A stretch of DNA of 64,000 bases from a virus (IMGVR_UViG_3300005918_000018), one strand, 5' to 3'. Positions 9,431-18,465 are shown, numbered from the stretch's first letter. A program made the numbers and translations. Notes: generated by a model from the letters alone, not told the origin.

Positions 9431-10956
9431 ATAGTTATTCCAGCTTCAACTGTTAAAAGTGCAGATGCTACTGAAATTGCAGCAGAAATAACATTTTCTA
9501 CTACTAATGTTGGGTCTGCTATTATTGGATCAGTTCGTAAGTCCCTCACTTGATTCTGTAAGGCATCCCAACCAACCCACGGTTCATTAGGTAATGATTC
9601 GGCAATAAGTGTGGCAGATAACCCTAATCGTTGGGCATGAACATTAAGAGGTTGTAAGAGAGCTTTTTTTAGGACAGGGTGGTCTGTTTTCAGAGCAGCA
9701 AGCTGGTATGCTCGACCTCCCCCGGGAACTACTCCGCTTTTCAGAGCAGCTCTTGTTGAACCAAGAACATCCTCAACTCTTGCCCTACGTTCTTTCAGAG
9801 CAATTTCTGTTACACCACCGATTTTCAGAATAGCCATCCCTCCTGAGAGTTTAGCAATCCGCTTGAGAATCTTATCCTGATCGAAATCAGAGTCCGTTTC
9901 TTGATGTTTAAGTTCTTTAATTCTGGCCTGAGCAAATTCAAACTTGTCAGGGTATGTGGTAATGACTGTTTGATCTTTTTTAATGTTGGCCTGCCTGAAT
10001 GACCCAAACCATTCACTATCCCAGCTCCTGACATCATCTACCATCGGATCAACTAAATGAGCTCCGGCCATAGCAGCCACGTCTTTCAGGAATTCTTCTT
10101 GGTTATTGAAAGCTGGAGCATTGAAAGCACAGCATTCGATTATACTTTTGTTGTTATTCAGAAGCATTGTCCTGAAAGCATCTCCATCAATATCCCCAGC
10201 AAAAACCATCAGAGGGTTCTGAGGCCATTGACTGGCTACTTCCAGGATGTCTTTAATGTCGTCATATGTTCTGAGGGTTGATTTGACCACGGCAACAAGC
10301 GTACCTTCCATAATCCGTTCAGTCTGATCCCTGAGAAAACCTGTCCCTACAGGACCACATTCCAGCTCTGCTCCATCTTTGAATTCGAGTTTGGACTCAA
10401 CATGCTGACCATCTTCAATGACAATCATACCGTCTTGGCCGACAGCCATACACGCCTCAGACATTAACTTAGCAATTTCGTCATCCCCATTACAAGATAT
10501 CTTGGCAATCCCTTCAAGTTGTTTCTGGTTTTCAACAGGGGATGATATTTCTCTAATGGTTTTGAGGGTCTCCTGACCGGCAGCTTGTAGTTCTCTGGCT
10601 AATTGGATTGGAGAAACACCGGCCACAATCTGTTTATGGCCTTCAAGAAGGAGAGCAGCAGCCAAAAGAGCTACTGTTGTGGTGCCGTCTCCTACTTGTT
10701 CGTTGACTTTGAGGCAGGCTTCCTTGAGTATCTGGCAGCCCATATTCTCTAATTTGTTTTTTAGATGGATTTCTTGGGCAACTGTAACCCCATCTTTAGT
10801 GGCTAGAAGCCCCACCATTCGGTCGAGTAACGCTGTTCGACCTAATGGCCCATAAGTTGTTGTAATGGTTCGAGCTGTTTTCAGAGCACCTTGTAATATC
10901 TGATTACGTGCAGTCAAACCTATAGTAATATCTTTTGGCATTGAACCTCCAGACAT
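9424..10956 (-). CDS. groEL: chaperonin GroEL (Cpn60) homolog
   Basis: 510 aa. 'GDGTTTVALLAAALLLEG' and 'VTVAQEIHLKNKLENMGCQILKEA' match the GroEL equatorial domain, followed by a Gly-rich C-terminal region. Confidence 0.85.
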   Translation of the reverse strand: MSGGSMPKDITIGLTARNQILQGALKTARTITTTYGPLGRTALLDRMVGLLATKDGVTVAQEIHLKNKLENMGCQILKEACLKVNEQVGDGTTTVALLAAALLLEGHKQIVAGVSPIQLARELQAAGQETLKTIREISSPVENQKQLEGIAKISCNGDDEIAKLMSEACMAVGQDGMIVIEDGQHVESKLEFKDGAELECGPVGTGFLRDQTERIMEGTLVAVVKSTLRTYDDIKDILEVASQWPQNPLMVFAGDIDGDAFRTMLLNNNKSIIECCAFNAPAFNNQEEFLKDVAAMAGAHLVDPMVDDVRSWDSEWFGSFRQANIKKDQTVITTYPDKFEFAQARIKELKHQETDSDFDQDKILKRIAKLSGGMAILKIGGVTEIALKERRARVEDVLGSTRAALKSGVVPGGGRAYQLAALKTDHPVLKKALLQPLNVHAQRLGLSATLIAESLPNEPWVGWDALQNQVRDLRTDPIIADPTLVVENVISAAISVASALLTVEAGITIA

Positions 10957-11549
10957 TACTTTACCCTATCGAGCCACCGTTTTGCCAGCTTAGTAGCAGG
11001 GTCTTTTTTGTAAGGGTTTTTATCTTGATAGGTTTCTGGGGTACAGAGTAATTTTTTCTTACCGGCTTTAACCAAATGACCTTTAAATTCAATGTTGAAT
11101 TTAGCTGCTACTCTCTTAACGGCATCCAAGTTCTCTTTACCATCGTCCCACATCTGAATTAAATCTACAGATTTACCGTATTTCTCTAGGTATTTGGTAG
11201 CAATTATAGCCTTATGGACATGAGCATTGTTGGTGCGGTTCAGGTGAACACCATCAAAACGAATGCCTGCTTGTTTCAGGAGTTCCGGGATTCGATACCT
11301 GTTAGAGCCAACATCAGACCGGCCAGTAGCTAAAACTGTAATGATCTTGGGGTTTGAAACACTTTTCTTGGCTTGGCTGACGATCTGGCTGACCCACCAA
11401 GACCCATCAGGTTTATCTGGGACACACGGCCTTGCTAAGGAATCGTTATGAAGCCACCAGCTTCCTCGGACTCCTTCGGGAGGCCACCAATCAGGTTGAT
11501 CTGGACTCTTGAATAAAGTTTTGTCAAAGTCAAATATGTGAAATTCCAT
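10956..11549 (-). CDS. HAD-superfamily phosphatase
   Basis: 197 aa. N-terminal 'IFDFDKTLF' is the DxDxT motif I of HAD hydrolases. The start overlaps the groEL stop. Confidence 0.6.
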   Translation of the reverse strand: MEFHIFDFDKTLFKSPDQPDWWPPEGVRGSWWLHNDSLARPCVPDKPDGSWWVSQIVSQAKKSVSNPKIITVLATGRSDVGSNRYRIPELLKQAGIRFDGVHLNRTNNAHVHKAIIATKYLEKYGKSVDLIQMWDDGKENLDAVKRVAAKFNIEFKGHLVKAGKKKLLCTPETYQDKNPYKKDPATKLAKRWLDRVK

Positions 11550-11552
11550 TGT

Positions 11553-11732
11553 TTATTCCATAATTGAGGTTAAGAGGTCTCGGTACTGAGGGTACATTCT
11601 CACAAATGATACTACCCGCCGGATAATATTTGCATCCGGAGCACGCCGTCGGCAGCAACCAATCAACTGACGTTTAAAACGTAACAGTTCAGGATTCTGA
11701 TTAATAATTATTCGAAGGTCATCAGCTTTCAT
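11553..11732 (-). CDS. small hypothetical protein (unlisted ORF)
   Basis: 59 aa, MKADDLRIIINQNPELLRF.. Its stop overlaps the HAD start (ATGGAATAAACAATGG). Confidence 0.35.
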   Translation of the reverse strand: MKADDLRIIINQNPELLRFKRQLIGCCRRRAPDANIIRRVVSFVRMYPQYRDLLTSIME

Positions 11733-11780
11733 AAAATCTCCATTCTTATTAAGGGTGTTTATAAAGGTTTTACCGTTAAC

Positions 11781-11830
11781 GGCTTAGTTTTCAAAAGTTG
11801 TGGGTTGTTGTAGTAAGAAAGTAATTACTT
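11781..11830 (+). promoter_or_regulatory. conserved phage promoter-like motif copy 2
   Basis: GGCTTAGTTTTCAAAAGTTGTGGGTTGTTGTAGTAAGAAAGTAATTA, 23 nt upstream of the 11853 start. Confidence 0.6.
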
Positions 11831-11852
11831 TAACGAGTTATAAGGAGTTATA

Positions 11853-12173
11853 ATGAAATATAGATTTTTAAAAATAGTATCCCTCCCTACTGGTTATACT
11901 AATTATAGTAAGAAACAGTGGGAAGGTGTTATACAGGATATTATTAAAATTGATTCTCAATTACCAAAGCTGGATAAAAATGACTTAGAGAAAAACCAGG
12001 CTGTTATCGTAATGGTGAATGGGTTTCCTACATTTGCTAGAGTGCAGTTTGTAGGAGATGGTTGGGCTGCTGCAGTTACCTGTGATAATAAGACTATAAT
12101 CCCTCTAACATACTACCTTGACCGTTTCGGAAAGTATCCGAGTGGTTGGTGCTTGCATATACCTTTTGATTAA
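11853..12173 (+). CDS. hypothetical protein
   Basis: 106 aa. GGAG RBS. Confidence 0.5.
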   Translation: MKYRFLKIVSLPTGYTNYSKKQWEGVIQDIIKIDSQLPKLDKNDLEKNQAVIVMVNGFPTFARVQFVGDGWAAAVTCDNKTIIPLTYYLDRFGKYPSGWCLHIPFD

Positions 12174-12203
12174 GAAAGATTGAAAGTTTTTTAAAAAAAG
12201 AGT

Positions 12204-12232
12204 TGACACCCTGAAATTGTTCAGGTAAGGTC
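12204..12232 (+). promoter_or_regulatory. sigma70-like promoter (TTGACA-N17-TAAGGT)
   Basis: TTGACAccctgaaattgttcaggTAAGGT, upstream of a 30-aa ORF and the tRNA array. Confidence 0.3.
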
Positions 12233-12388
12233 TTCCTCACTTAGGGCAGTTTTTGCCCATTGGAGAAATTATGAGACGTTTACTATCCACATCTAGTAGC
12301 TTTACAAGCTCCCAGCTTACAAGCTGGTATTTATATTTGTCTGCACCGGAGGTGACAGGGTAACGTCTAAAACCATTATAAACTAACC

Positions 12389-12426
12389 CTTAAATCCTTC
12401 GGAGCAAACAAGCACCGAAGGATTTT
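12389..12426 (+). terminator. rho-independent terminator-like hairpin
   Basis: AATCCTTCGG..CCGAAGGATTTTT. Confidence 0.5.
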
Positions 12427-12516
12427 TACGTTTTATGTTCTTTGACAATTAAATACTCCCAAATAGTAATAAATCCACAGGATGGCTGGTTACCCAGCTG
12501 GCCATCTTGTTTATTC

Positions 12517-12600
12517 TGGGGTAGTGTCGGAACTGGTATACGAGCTGGTCTCAGAAATCAGTGCTGTAATGGCATGTGGGTTCGAATCCCACCTACCCCA
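12517..12600 (+). tRNA. tRNA-Leu(CAG), type II
   Basis: Acceptor GGGGTAG/CTACCCC. Anticodon stem CTGGT/ATCAG with loop CTCAGAA. T-loop GGGTTCGAATCCCAC. Confidence 0.7.
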
Positions 12601-12687
12601 ATTCAACGAAGATCAAACCACCTCTACGTGGTGTTGAGTATCAACTGGATTCTTAATTGAATTTAGGCTAAGAGTTTGATCAATTTG

Positions 12688-12773
12688 GACATGCGGTGAA
12701 GTTGGAGAGTCACGCCAGACTGTAAATCTGGTCCCTTCGGGGTGAGTAGGTTCGATTCCTACCATGTCCACCA
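12688..12773 (+). tRNA. tRNA-Tyr(GUA), type II
   Basis: Acceptor GGACATG/CATGTCC. Anticodon loop CTGTAAA. Variable arm TCCCTTCGGGGTGA. CCA encoded. Confidence 0.75.
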
Positions 12774-12777
12774 ATTT

Positions 12778-12863
12778 GGAGGTATAGACCACTATGGAGA
12801 TGGGACGGGTTGTAGCCCCGTTGCCTTATGGCCAGCAAGGTTCGATTCCTTGTACCTCCACCA
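12778..12863 (+). tRNA. tRNA, type II, atypical D/anticodon region (GUA-like)
   Basis: Acceptor GGAGGTA/TACCTCC plus CCA. T-arm CAAGG-TTCGATT-CCTTG. Anticodon loop TTGTAGC is only tentative. Confidence 0.45.
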
Positions 12864-12867
12864 TTTT

Positions 12868-12958
12868 GGGGAACGCATGGGAAGCAGAAGAGTCCCGTCA
12901 GGAATTGTACACCTGATCCTGTAAAGGTTAGTAGGTTTGAATCCTACCGTCCCCACCA
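12868..12958 (+). tRNA. tRNA-like, long-arm, unassigned
   Basis: T-arm GTAGG-TTTGAAT-CCTAC with 3' CGTCCCCACCA. The acceptor pairs imperfectly. Confidence 0.35.
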
Positions 12959-13162
12959 TTTTTTTAACATCCTGATTAAAGGGTTTGGTATATCAGGCAT
13001 TCCAAATTGCCGTCTGACAATATTCTTTAATCTTCTGGAACCTTTTTTATCAAGCCAGGTAAAGAACTCAATAGTTTCAACCCATTCATAATAATCTTTT
13101 TCAGTAAGCATAAGAACCTCCTTGTTAAGTAAACGAATAGGGATTGAGTAAATAAATAATTT

Positions 13163-13250
13163 GGAAGATTGGCCCAATGGTAAGGCAGCAGGTTGCTACC
13201 CTGTACAGGTGAAATACCCTGTCCGAGTTCGATTCCCGGATCTTCCGCCA
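13163..13250 (+). tRNA. tRNA-Ser(GCU), type II
   Basis: Acceptor GGAAGAT/ATCTTCC. Anticodon loop TTGCTAC. Variable arm ACAGGTGAAATACCCTGT. Confidence 0.7.
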
Positions 13251-13255
13251 TTTAA

Positions 13256-13341
13256 TGTCACTGTGTCGGAATTGGTATACGAGCTGGCTTGAGGAGTCAG
13301 TGCCTTCGGGCATGAGGGTTCGACCCCCTCCAGTGACACCA
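13256..13341 (+). tRNA. tRNA-Leu(GAG), type II
   Basis: Acceptor GTCACTG/CAGTGAC. Anticodon stem CTGGC/GTCAG with loop TTGAGGA. Confidence 0.7.
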
Positions 13342-13346
13342 TTTAC

Positions 13347-13436
13347 GGAGAGATCGTCGGGATTGGTAGCCCGTGCTTGTTTGGAAAACAAGTTGGCCGA
13401 AAGGTTATGTGGATTCGAATTCCTCTCTCTCCTCCA
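13347..13436 (+). tRNA. tRNA-Ser(GGA), type II
   Basis: Acceptor GGAGAGA/TCTCTCC. Anticodon stem CTTGT/ACAAG with loop TTGGAAA. Confidence 0.65.
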
Positions 13437-13513
13437 TTTTTACAGGCTATTTGTAAGTTTCTCGGTATAGTATCAGAACGTAAGCTATAAGTTCTATACA
13501 AGGAGAATACGAA

Positions 13514-14236
13514 ATGCCCAAGAAAACAAAGAAAAAACAGACACCTAAATTAAAGAAAGCCTCAAAAAAGAAAGAAACTCCGGTTAGGGAAATCACACTT
13601 GATGATTTCCCCCCAGTTGAAGAAGTTATTAAAATTGAGGACCTGTTTAAAATAAGAAGTTTTTCACGTCTGAAAGAACCTCTCAGTGATGTGGAGAGGT
13701 ATCAGATAAGACTTTTGAGATCTGCTAAGGTTAAAATACCCTTTACTGAGGAAGGTGCTGTTAATATTTATGCCGTTGAAGACTTAATGAGTTCTTTCCA
13801 CTGTCACATGAATCCTGAAGAGGATGGTTGGAGTCAAGCTCTAGTAGATATGGCATTTAAAGACGGGACTATCTTCAAACTTAGTTTCCGAAATATCATA
13901 AACCTCTTGAAAACAGGTGATGGGGTTAAGTTTAACGTAGAACAAAAAGATTTATGGAAATTCATGTCTATGGCTTTCCATAATGGAGCTTTGATGAGTA
14001 TGAGTCTAAATGATGTGATGGTTATCATAAAAGCCTTTAAAAAGACCCCAGACTTTTTCAAATCCAGTAAAGTTCCAAAAGCTATCATGAAATTTAGAAC
14101 CCGTAAAAATAACCTTATTCAAGGTTTGAAGGTAGTTCTAACTCTGGGTGCTATATCAAGCCACAAATGTCATTGTGATTCACATGATGATGGTAGATAT
14201 GGAATAAACAGCCGTGTTATCCATCCAATAAAATAA
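13514..14236 (+). CDS. hypothetical protein (Lys-rich N-terminus)
   Basis: 240 aa. GGAG RBS. Confidence 0.5.
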   Translation: MPKKTKKKQTPKLKKASKKKETPVREITLDDFPPVEEVIKIEDLFKIRSFSRLKEPLSDVERYQIRLLRSAKVKIPFTEEGAVNIYAVEDLMSSFHCHMNPEEDGWSQALVDMAFKDGTIFKLSFRNIINLLKTGDGVKFNVEQKDLWKFMSMAFHNGALMSMSLNDVMVIIKAFKKTPDFFKSSKVPKAIMKFRTRKNNLIQGLKVVLTLGAISSHKCHCDSHDDGRYGINSRVIHPIK

Positions 14237-14243
14237 AATAAAT

Positions 14244-14319
14244 GCCTCGTGAGCTAGTGCGGTCATAGCGTTCCGTTGAAGCCGGAAAGAAATCCGTTCG
14301 ACTCGGGTACGGGGCACCA
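14244..14319 (+). tRNA. tRNA-Phe(GAA), copy 1 (divergent)
   Basis: Acceptor GCCTCGT/ACGGGGC plus A-CCA. Anticodon stem TTCCG/CGGAA with loop TTGAAGC. Confidence 0.55.
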
Positions 14320-14323
14320 TTAT

Positions 14324-14398
14324 GGGGGCGGCTCTGGGTAAGCACGTTGGACTCCAAATCCGACGGTTTGGAAAGTTCGATTCTTTCCGTCCCTGCCA
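14324..14398 (+). tRNA. tRNA-like, anticodon CCA (Trp-like), atypical D-arm
   Basis: Anticodon stem TTGGA/TCCGA with loop CTCCAAA. T-arm GAAAG-TTCGATT-CTTTC. D-stem is not resolvable. Confidence 0.4.
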
Positions 14399-14532
14399 TA
14401 AAAATGAAAAACCCGTCAGTTTGAGCTTGTTTGCAAATGAGCAACAGAGGCTTGACGGGTATGCTGTAGACTAAGGTATCAAATTCTAAAAAGAATGCAA
14501 GTTTTTCGGGTAAGGTATCTTGTAAATGTTTT

Positions 14533-14608
14533 CCCTAGATAGCTCAGTCGGTAGAGCACTGCACTGAAAATGCAGGAGTCACCTGTTCAATTCAGGTTCT
14601 AGGGGCCA
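14533..14608 (+). tRNA. tRNA-Phe(GAA), canonical
   Basis: D-arm TAGCTCAGTCGGTAGAGCA. Anticodon stem CTGCA/TGCAG with loop CTGAAAA. T-loop GTTCAATTC. CCA encoded. Confidence 0.8.
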
Positions 14609-14611
14609 TTT

Positions 14612-14797
14612 ATGTCTGGAGCAAGCTGATGGGTGACAGCATCCTGCCTTTGTGCAGGAGAGAGTTGTGGGTTCGATACCTTCTACATCTTTACGGATGT
14701 AGTAAATGGAAACACTCTTTGGAGGTTCGAATCCTCTCTCCATTCATTTTTTATGGGACCGTGGTGGAACTGGTAGACATAGGAGACTACTGGTAAT
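14612..14797 (+). pseudogene. cluster of degenerate tRNA fragments / minihelix-like pseudo-tRNAs
   Basis: Two T-arm motifs (GGGTTCGATACC, GGAGGTTCGAATCCTCT) with acceptor-like hairpins in non-canonical order. These are followed by a tRNA 5'-half look-alike GGGACCGTGGTGGAACTGGTAGACAT directly upstream of the HNH gene. Confidence 0.4.
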
Positions 14798-14830
14798 ATG
14801 CCTATACCTTCTCTTATTAGGAGGTATGAC

Positions 14831-15598
14831 ATGAAAATAGATGATAACATTTTCAAATCCATCGTGGAATCCAGTTATTCAATTAGGCAGGTGATTCTAA
14901 AATCAGGGTTAATTCCTGCTGGTGGTAATTATGTAACGATTAAGAACCGAATTGCAGCTTTGGATTTGGATTCCTCTCATTTTCGAGGTCAGGGGTGGCT
15001 GAAAGGTTTGAAAAAACCTTATGGGAATCCTCGAACAAAAGCACTAAAAGAAATTTTTGATACTTATGAGAATTACCCATCACATAGGTTAAAAAATAGG
15101 CTTTTTAAAGAGGGTTTAAAACAAAAAAAATGTAATATGTGTGGACTTAGTATGTGGAATGGTGATGCTATAGCTTTAGAACTTCACCATCTGGATGGGG
15201 ATAAGAAAAATAATAATTTAAGTAATCTTCAGATACTATGTCCAAATTGTCATGCAACTACCAATAATTATAGAGGTAAAGGGGTAAAAACTAAGTATGA
15301 GACGTTATGTTCTGATTGTAGTAAGCCTATCCAACACAGTTCTTTACGTTGCATATCTTGCGTAAAAGAGTCAAAAAAACCGACCCCTGTTTGTTCTAAG
15401 TGTGGAAAACAGGTTAGCAAAAAATCAAGTTTATGTCGTTCTTGTTATAATGACAAAGAAAAATTAAAAAGTAACAAACCTCTTTTTGAAGTCTTAAAAA
15501 AAGATATAGAGGAGTTAAATTATACAGGGGCTGGGAAAAAATATGGTGTTTCAGATAACACAATTAGGAAATGGTTAATATCATATAAGCCTGGGTGA
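14831..15598 (+). CDS. HNH homing endonuclease
   Basis: 'HHLDGDKKNNNLSNLQILCPNCH' is an HNH motif. RBS AGGAGG sits before the second Met (the listed ORF starts at 14798). The last codons (..KPG) and the TGA stop are encoded by the 5' acceptor of the downstream tRNA. Confidence 0.8.
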   Translation: MKIDDNIFKSIVESSYSIRQVILKSGLIPAGGNYVTIKNRIAALDLDSSHFRGQGWLKGLKKPYGNPRTKALKEIFDTYENYPSHRLKNRLFKEGLKQKKCNMCGLSMWNGDAIALELHHLDGDKKNNNLSNLQILCPNCHATTNNYRGKGVKTKYETLCSDCSKPIQHSSLRCISCVKESKKPTPVCSKCGKQVSKKSSLCRSCYNDKEKLKSNKPLFEVLKKDIEELNYTGAGKKYGVSDNTIRKWLISYKPG

Positions 15599-15665
15599 TG
15601 GAACTGGTATACATGTTCGACTTAAAATTGAAATTGTGCGGGTTCGAATCCCGCCCTAGGCACCA
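15589..15665 (+). tRNA. tRNA with anticodon UAA (Leu-like, short variable arm)
   Basis: Acceptor GCCTGGG/CCTAGGC. Anticodon stem TTCGA/TTGAA with loop CTTAAAA. T-arm GCGGG-TTCGAAT-CCCGC. CCA encoded. Confidence 0.65.
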
Positions 15666-15672
15666 TTTTTTT

Positions 15673-15756
15673 GCCTGAATGATGGAATTGGAAGACATGC
15701 TGGTTTTAGGAACCAGTGCCTTGTGCGTGTCGGTTCGAGTCCGACTTCGGGTACCA
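15673..15756 (+). tRNA. tRNA-Leu(UAG), type II
   Basis: Anticodon stem CTGGT/ACCAG with loop TTTAGGA. Variable arm TGCCTTGTGCGT. T-arm GTCGG-TTCGAGT-CCGAC. Confidence 0.7.
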
Positions 15757-15759
15757 TTT

Positions 15760-16110
15760 TTAACCTTGTTCAAAATAACTAAATATTTTAAGGACACCAC
15801 TAGCATAAACAACAGTCACAAGTGTCCCTGTTATTTTTTCTTCTTTATCAGTCTTAATATCTACTGCGGAAGATATCGTTGTCTCATACCGATTTCTACC
15901 AACTGAAATCCTACCAAGGCTGAAGTGATCAACTTTACAGTTACAAGTTTTTTCTATAGCTTTTTGGATTTCAGGACCTGAGATCCATTCAGACATTAAG
16001 TTTGAAGATTTTTTCTTTTTAGCTGTTTTCAATAAAGGGATAAGATGTGTCCTGAGTTCAGGATTTTCTTTAGCTAGTTTAGTGATTGCTTTTCGTAGAT
16101 TTTCGGACAT
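15760..16110 (-). CDS. small paralogous protein family member (ENPELRTHLIPLLK)
   Basis: 116 aa. 'LAKENPELRTHLIPLLKTAKKKK'. Third copy of the family. Confidence 0.5.
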   Translation of the reverse strand: MSENLRKAITKLAKENPELRTHLIPLLKTAKKKKSSNLMSEWISGPEIQKAIEKTCNCKVDHFSLGRISVGRNRYETTISSAVDIKTDKEEKITGTLVTVVYASGVLKIFSYFEQG

Positions 16111-16177
16111 TTTATTTTCCTTTGTTATTTCACAAAACCTATTTAAGGTTTCTATAATGTCTTTATTGGCTGAGTGT

Positions 16178-16254
16178 TGGAACTGGTAGACAAGCCTGAC
16201 TCAAACTCAGGTGCCCTTCGGGGCGTGAGGGTTCGAGTCCCTCCTTAGCCACCA
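16178..16254 (+). tRNA. tRNA-Leu(CAA), type II
   Basis: Acceptor GGCTGAG/CTTAGCC. Anticodon stem CCTGA/TCAGG with loop CTCAAAC. Variable arm TGCCCTTCGGGGCGT. Confidence 0.7.
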
Positions 16255-16383
16255 TTTCGTTTTTCATGGGTATCATAGTTTGTAGTTATTTTGATTACTG
16301 TTATAAAGTTATATAAAATATAATTTGCAATATGTATCCTATTGTCATTATCTATTGATACGTACCTCATAAGGAGATGCTAC

Positions 16384-17859
16384 ATGATAATTTGGCAAAA
16401 GCGTGAAATACAGATTTTGAAATTATTAGCTCCTTACGTAAAAAACAACATCGTTACTTATATCCTTAACTCTTTATTCAAAACAGATAGGACTGCCCAG
16501 TCTATTACAGATAAGAAACGCCGTCTGGGTGTTATAACTAAAAGTTCTGATTTTCAGGGTGCTTTGGATGCCGTAAAGGAAAGCACCCTTCCTGAAACTC
16601 TGAAAAAACGTGTAGTAATTGCTTTTACGAAAGCAACTAAGAAACAAAGTCCTCTGAAAGAACGAAAAAAACAATATGAAATAAAAAATGACCAGAACTA
16701 CTCTGTGTTAGAACAAGGGTCAGCTATCAAACCAAACTCGTTGGAGGAGATGGTAGAGATTTTCGACATCGACCAAGATGTTTGGACTGTAGATAGATAT
16801 GCCGTTAACCGTTGGGATCAGGCTCAGAAGACTCCGACAGGAGCTAAAGTGATTCCCTTGTATCAGATCAAAGTCTGGCTTATACGAACAGACCCCATTG
16901 TTTATAAATGGCCTGCTGTTCAACCAATTAGCTGTGACAAATTTACTTTCAAGAAACCAAAACCTCCAAAGGCTGGGAAGAAACTACGGAAAGCTATTAT
17001 AATCCCGGATGCCCAGATTACTTATAGACGTGATGCTGAAACTGGATACCTTGACCCGACTCATGATCGTGAAGCTTTTGATGTTATCTGCCAGATTGCA
17101 GAAAAAGAAAAACCGGACGACATTATTCTTCTGGGTGATATGCTTGATTTACCTGATTGGTCTGACAAGTTCCTCATCACTCCTGATTTAGTAGCTACAA
17201 CTCAACCTTCCCTATTGGAATTTCATTGGTGGTTACAACGATTGGTGGGCATCACTCCTCATGTTGTTTACTTGGAAGGTAATCACGAAATGAGACTCGA
17301 GAAAGCTGTTGCTCGTAATCTGGTAGCAGCCAGCGGGTTGAAACCTGCTAACCAACCATCAGGACCTTCTGCAATGAGTGTCCGAAACCTGTTAGGTTTA
17401 GATGAGTTAGGTGTTGAATACATAGGCCCATATCCTCAAGGGGAATACTGGATCAATGATAATCTGAAAGCTCAACATGGTAATACAGTCCGACAAGGTT
17501 CTGGTGCTACAGTAGCAAGCTGTATAAAAGACCTTTTTGTATCAACCATCTTTGGTCATATTCACCGAGTAGAACATGCTTCTAAACTCCGATGGGCTAA
17601 AAAGACTGCTTGTATACAAGCGGTATCTCCTGGAACGATTGCTCGGTTAGATCCGGGGATAGTTCCTTCAAACACAGCTCGTCAGAATTGGCAGAACGGT
17701 TTTGCTATCGTAAATTATGAACCGGGTGATGGAGCTTTCAATATTAATGTTGTCCCCATCATCGAAGGTAAATGTATTTACAGAGATCAAACGTGGGTAG
17801 GAAAAAGCCCCGTTAAAAAGATTGCTGTTGATACCGGACGTAAGGCTTTTGTAAAGTAA
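16384..17859 (+). CDS. calcineurin-like metallophosphoesterase
   Basis: 'LLGDMLDLPDW' and 'GNHE' are MPE motifs II and III. AAGGAG RBS before the second Met. Confidence 0.7.
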   Translation: MIIWQKREIQILKLLAPYVKNNIVTYILNSLFKTDRTAQSITDKKRRLGVITKSSDFQGALDAVKESTLPETLKKRVVIAFTKATKKQSPLKERKKQYEIKNDQNYSVLEQGSAIKPNSLEEMVEIFDIDQDVWTVDRYAVNRWDQAQKTPTGAKVIPLYQIKVWLIRTDPIVYKWPAVQPISCDKFTFKKPKPPKAGKKLRKAIIIPDAQITYRRDAETGYLDPTHDREAFDVICQIAEKEKPDDIILLGDMLDLPDWSDKFLITPDLVATTQPSLLEFHWWLQRLVGITPHVVYLEGNHEMRLEKAVARNLVAASGLKPANQPSGPSAMSVRNLLGLDELGVEYIGPYPQGEYWINDNLKAQHGNTVRQGSGATVASCIKDLFVSTIFGHIHRVEHASKLRWAKKTACIQAVSPGTIARLDPGIVPSNTARQNWQNGFAIVNYEPGDGAFNINVVPIIEGKCIYRDQTWVGKSPVKKIAVDTGRKAFVK

Positions 17860-17893
17860 TTATGCCTGTTTAGCTCAGTTGGTAGAGCACATC
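17851..17893 (+). repeat. direct repeat: duplicated 5' part of tRNA-Thr(UGU) plus upstream leader
   Basis: AGTAATTATGCCTGTTTAGCTCAGTTGGTAGAGCAC is identical to 18462-18493. It ends exactly before the anticodon stem. The pair flanks the 17975..18406 nuclease gene. Confidence 0.7.
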
Positions 17894-17974
17894 CTTGAGG
17901 TATTTTTAATAAAACATTGCTTTCTAACAGACCTCCTGTTACAGTAGGTACTGGTCTAATTTAGGAGGTGGTTA

Positions 17975-18406
17975 ATGGCTACAGATACAAAGAGTAAAGG
18001 TGATCGGACGGAAGGAATTTTTTTAGCAGAAATGCTAAAAAAAAGCATCCCTGTTCTTTTACCTTTTGGAGATAACCAAAGGTATGATCTTGTGATTGAT
18101 GTAGGAGGTCAACTCCTAAAAATACAATGTAAAACAGGTCGTTTTAGGGATGGTGTTATTATGTTTAATACCTGTAGCTCCCACGCTCACAGAGGTGGTG
18201 GCTCCCGTTCTTATAGAGGGGATATAGATTATTTTGGGGTTCATTGCCCATACAATGATTCCGTTTACATGATTCCTGTTGAAAATGCCCCTTTACGGAG
18301 GATGTCCATGCGTTTGGAGGCTCCTAAAAATAATCAGAAAACTGGAATTCATTATGCTGTAAGGTACGAGCTGGAAAAAACTCTTTTAAGTATAAGATCA
18401 CTCTAA
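17975..18406 (+). CDS. PD-(D/E)XK-like nuclease (putative homing endonuclease)
   Basis: 143 aa. 'RYDLVIDVGGQLLKIQCKT' fits the D..(D/E)xK pattern. Sits between the tRNA 5' duplicate and the intact tRNA-Thr. Confidence 0.5.
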   Translation: MATDTKSKGDRTEGIFLAEMLKKSIPVLLPFGDNQRYDLVIDVGGQLLKIQCKTGRFRDGVIMFNTCSSHAHRGGGSRSYRGDIDYFGVHCPYNDSVYMIPVENAPLRRMSMRLEAPKNNQKTGIHYAVRYELEKTLLSIRSL

Positions 18407-18417
18407 AGTTATTTTTT

Positions 18418-18464
18418 AGCTTAGTTTTCATTTTTTGGGGGTTGTTGGGGTAAGAAAGTAATTA
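18418..18464 (+). promoter_or_regulatory. conserved phage promoter-like motif copy 3 (variant) driving a tRNA
   Basis: AGCTTAGTTTTCATTTTTTGGGGGTTGTTGGGGTAAGAAAGTAATTA, immediately upstream of tRNA-Thr(UGU). Confidence 0.5.
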
Positions 18465-18465
18465 T

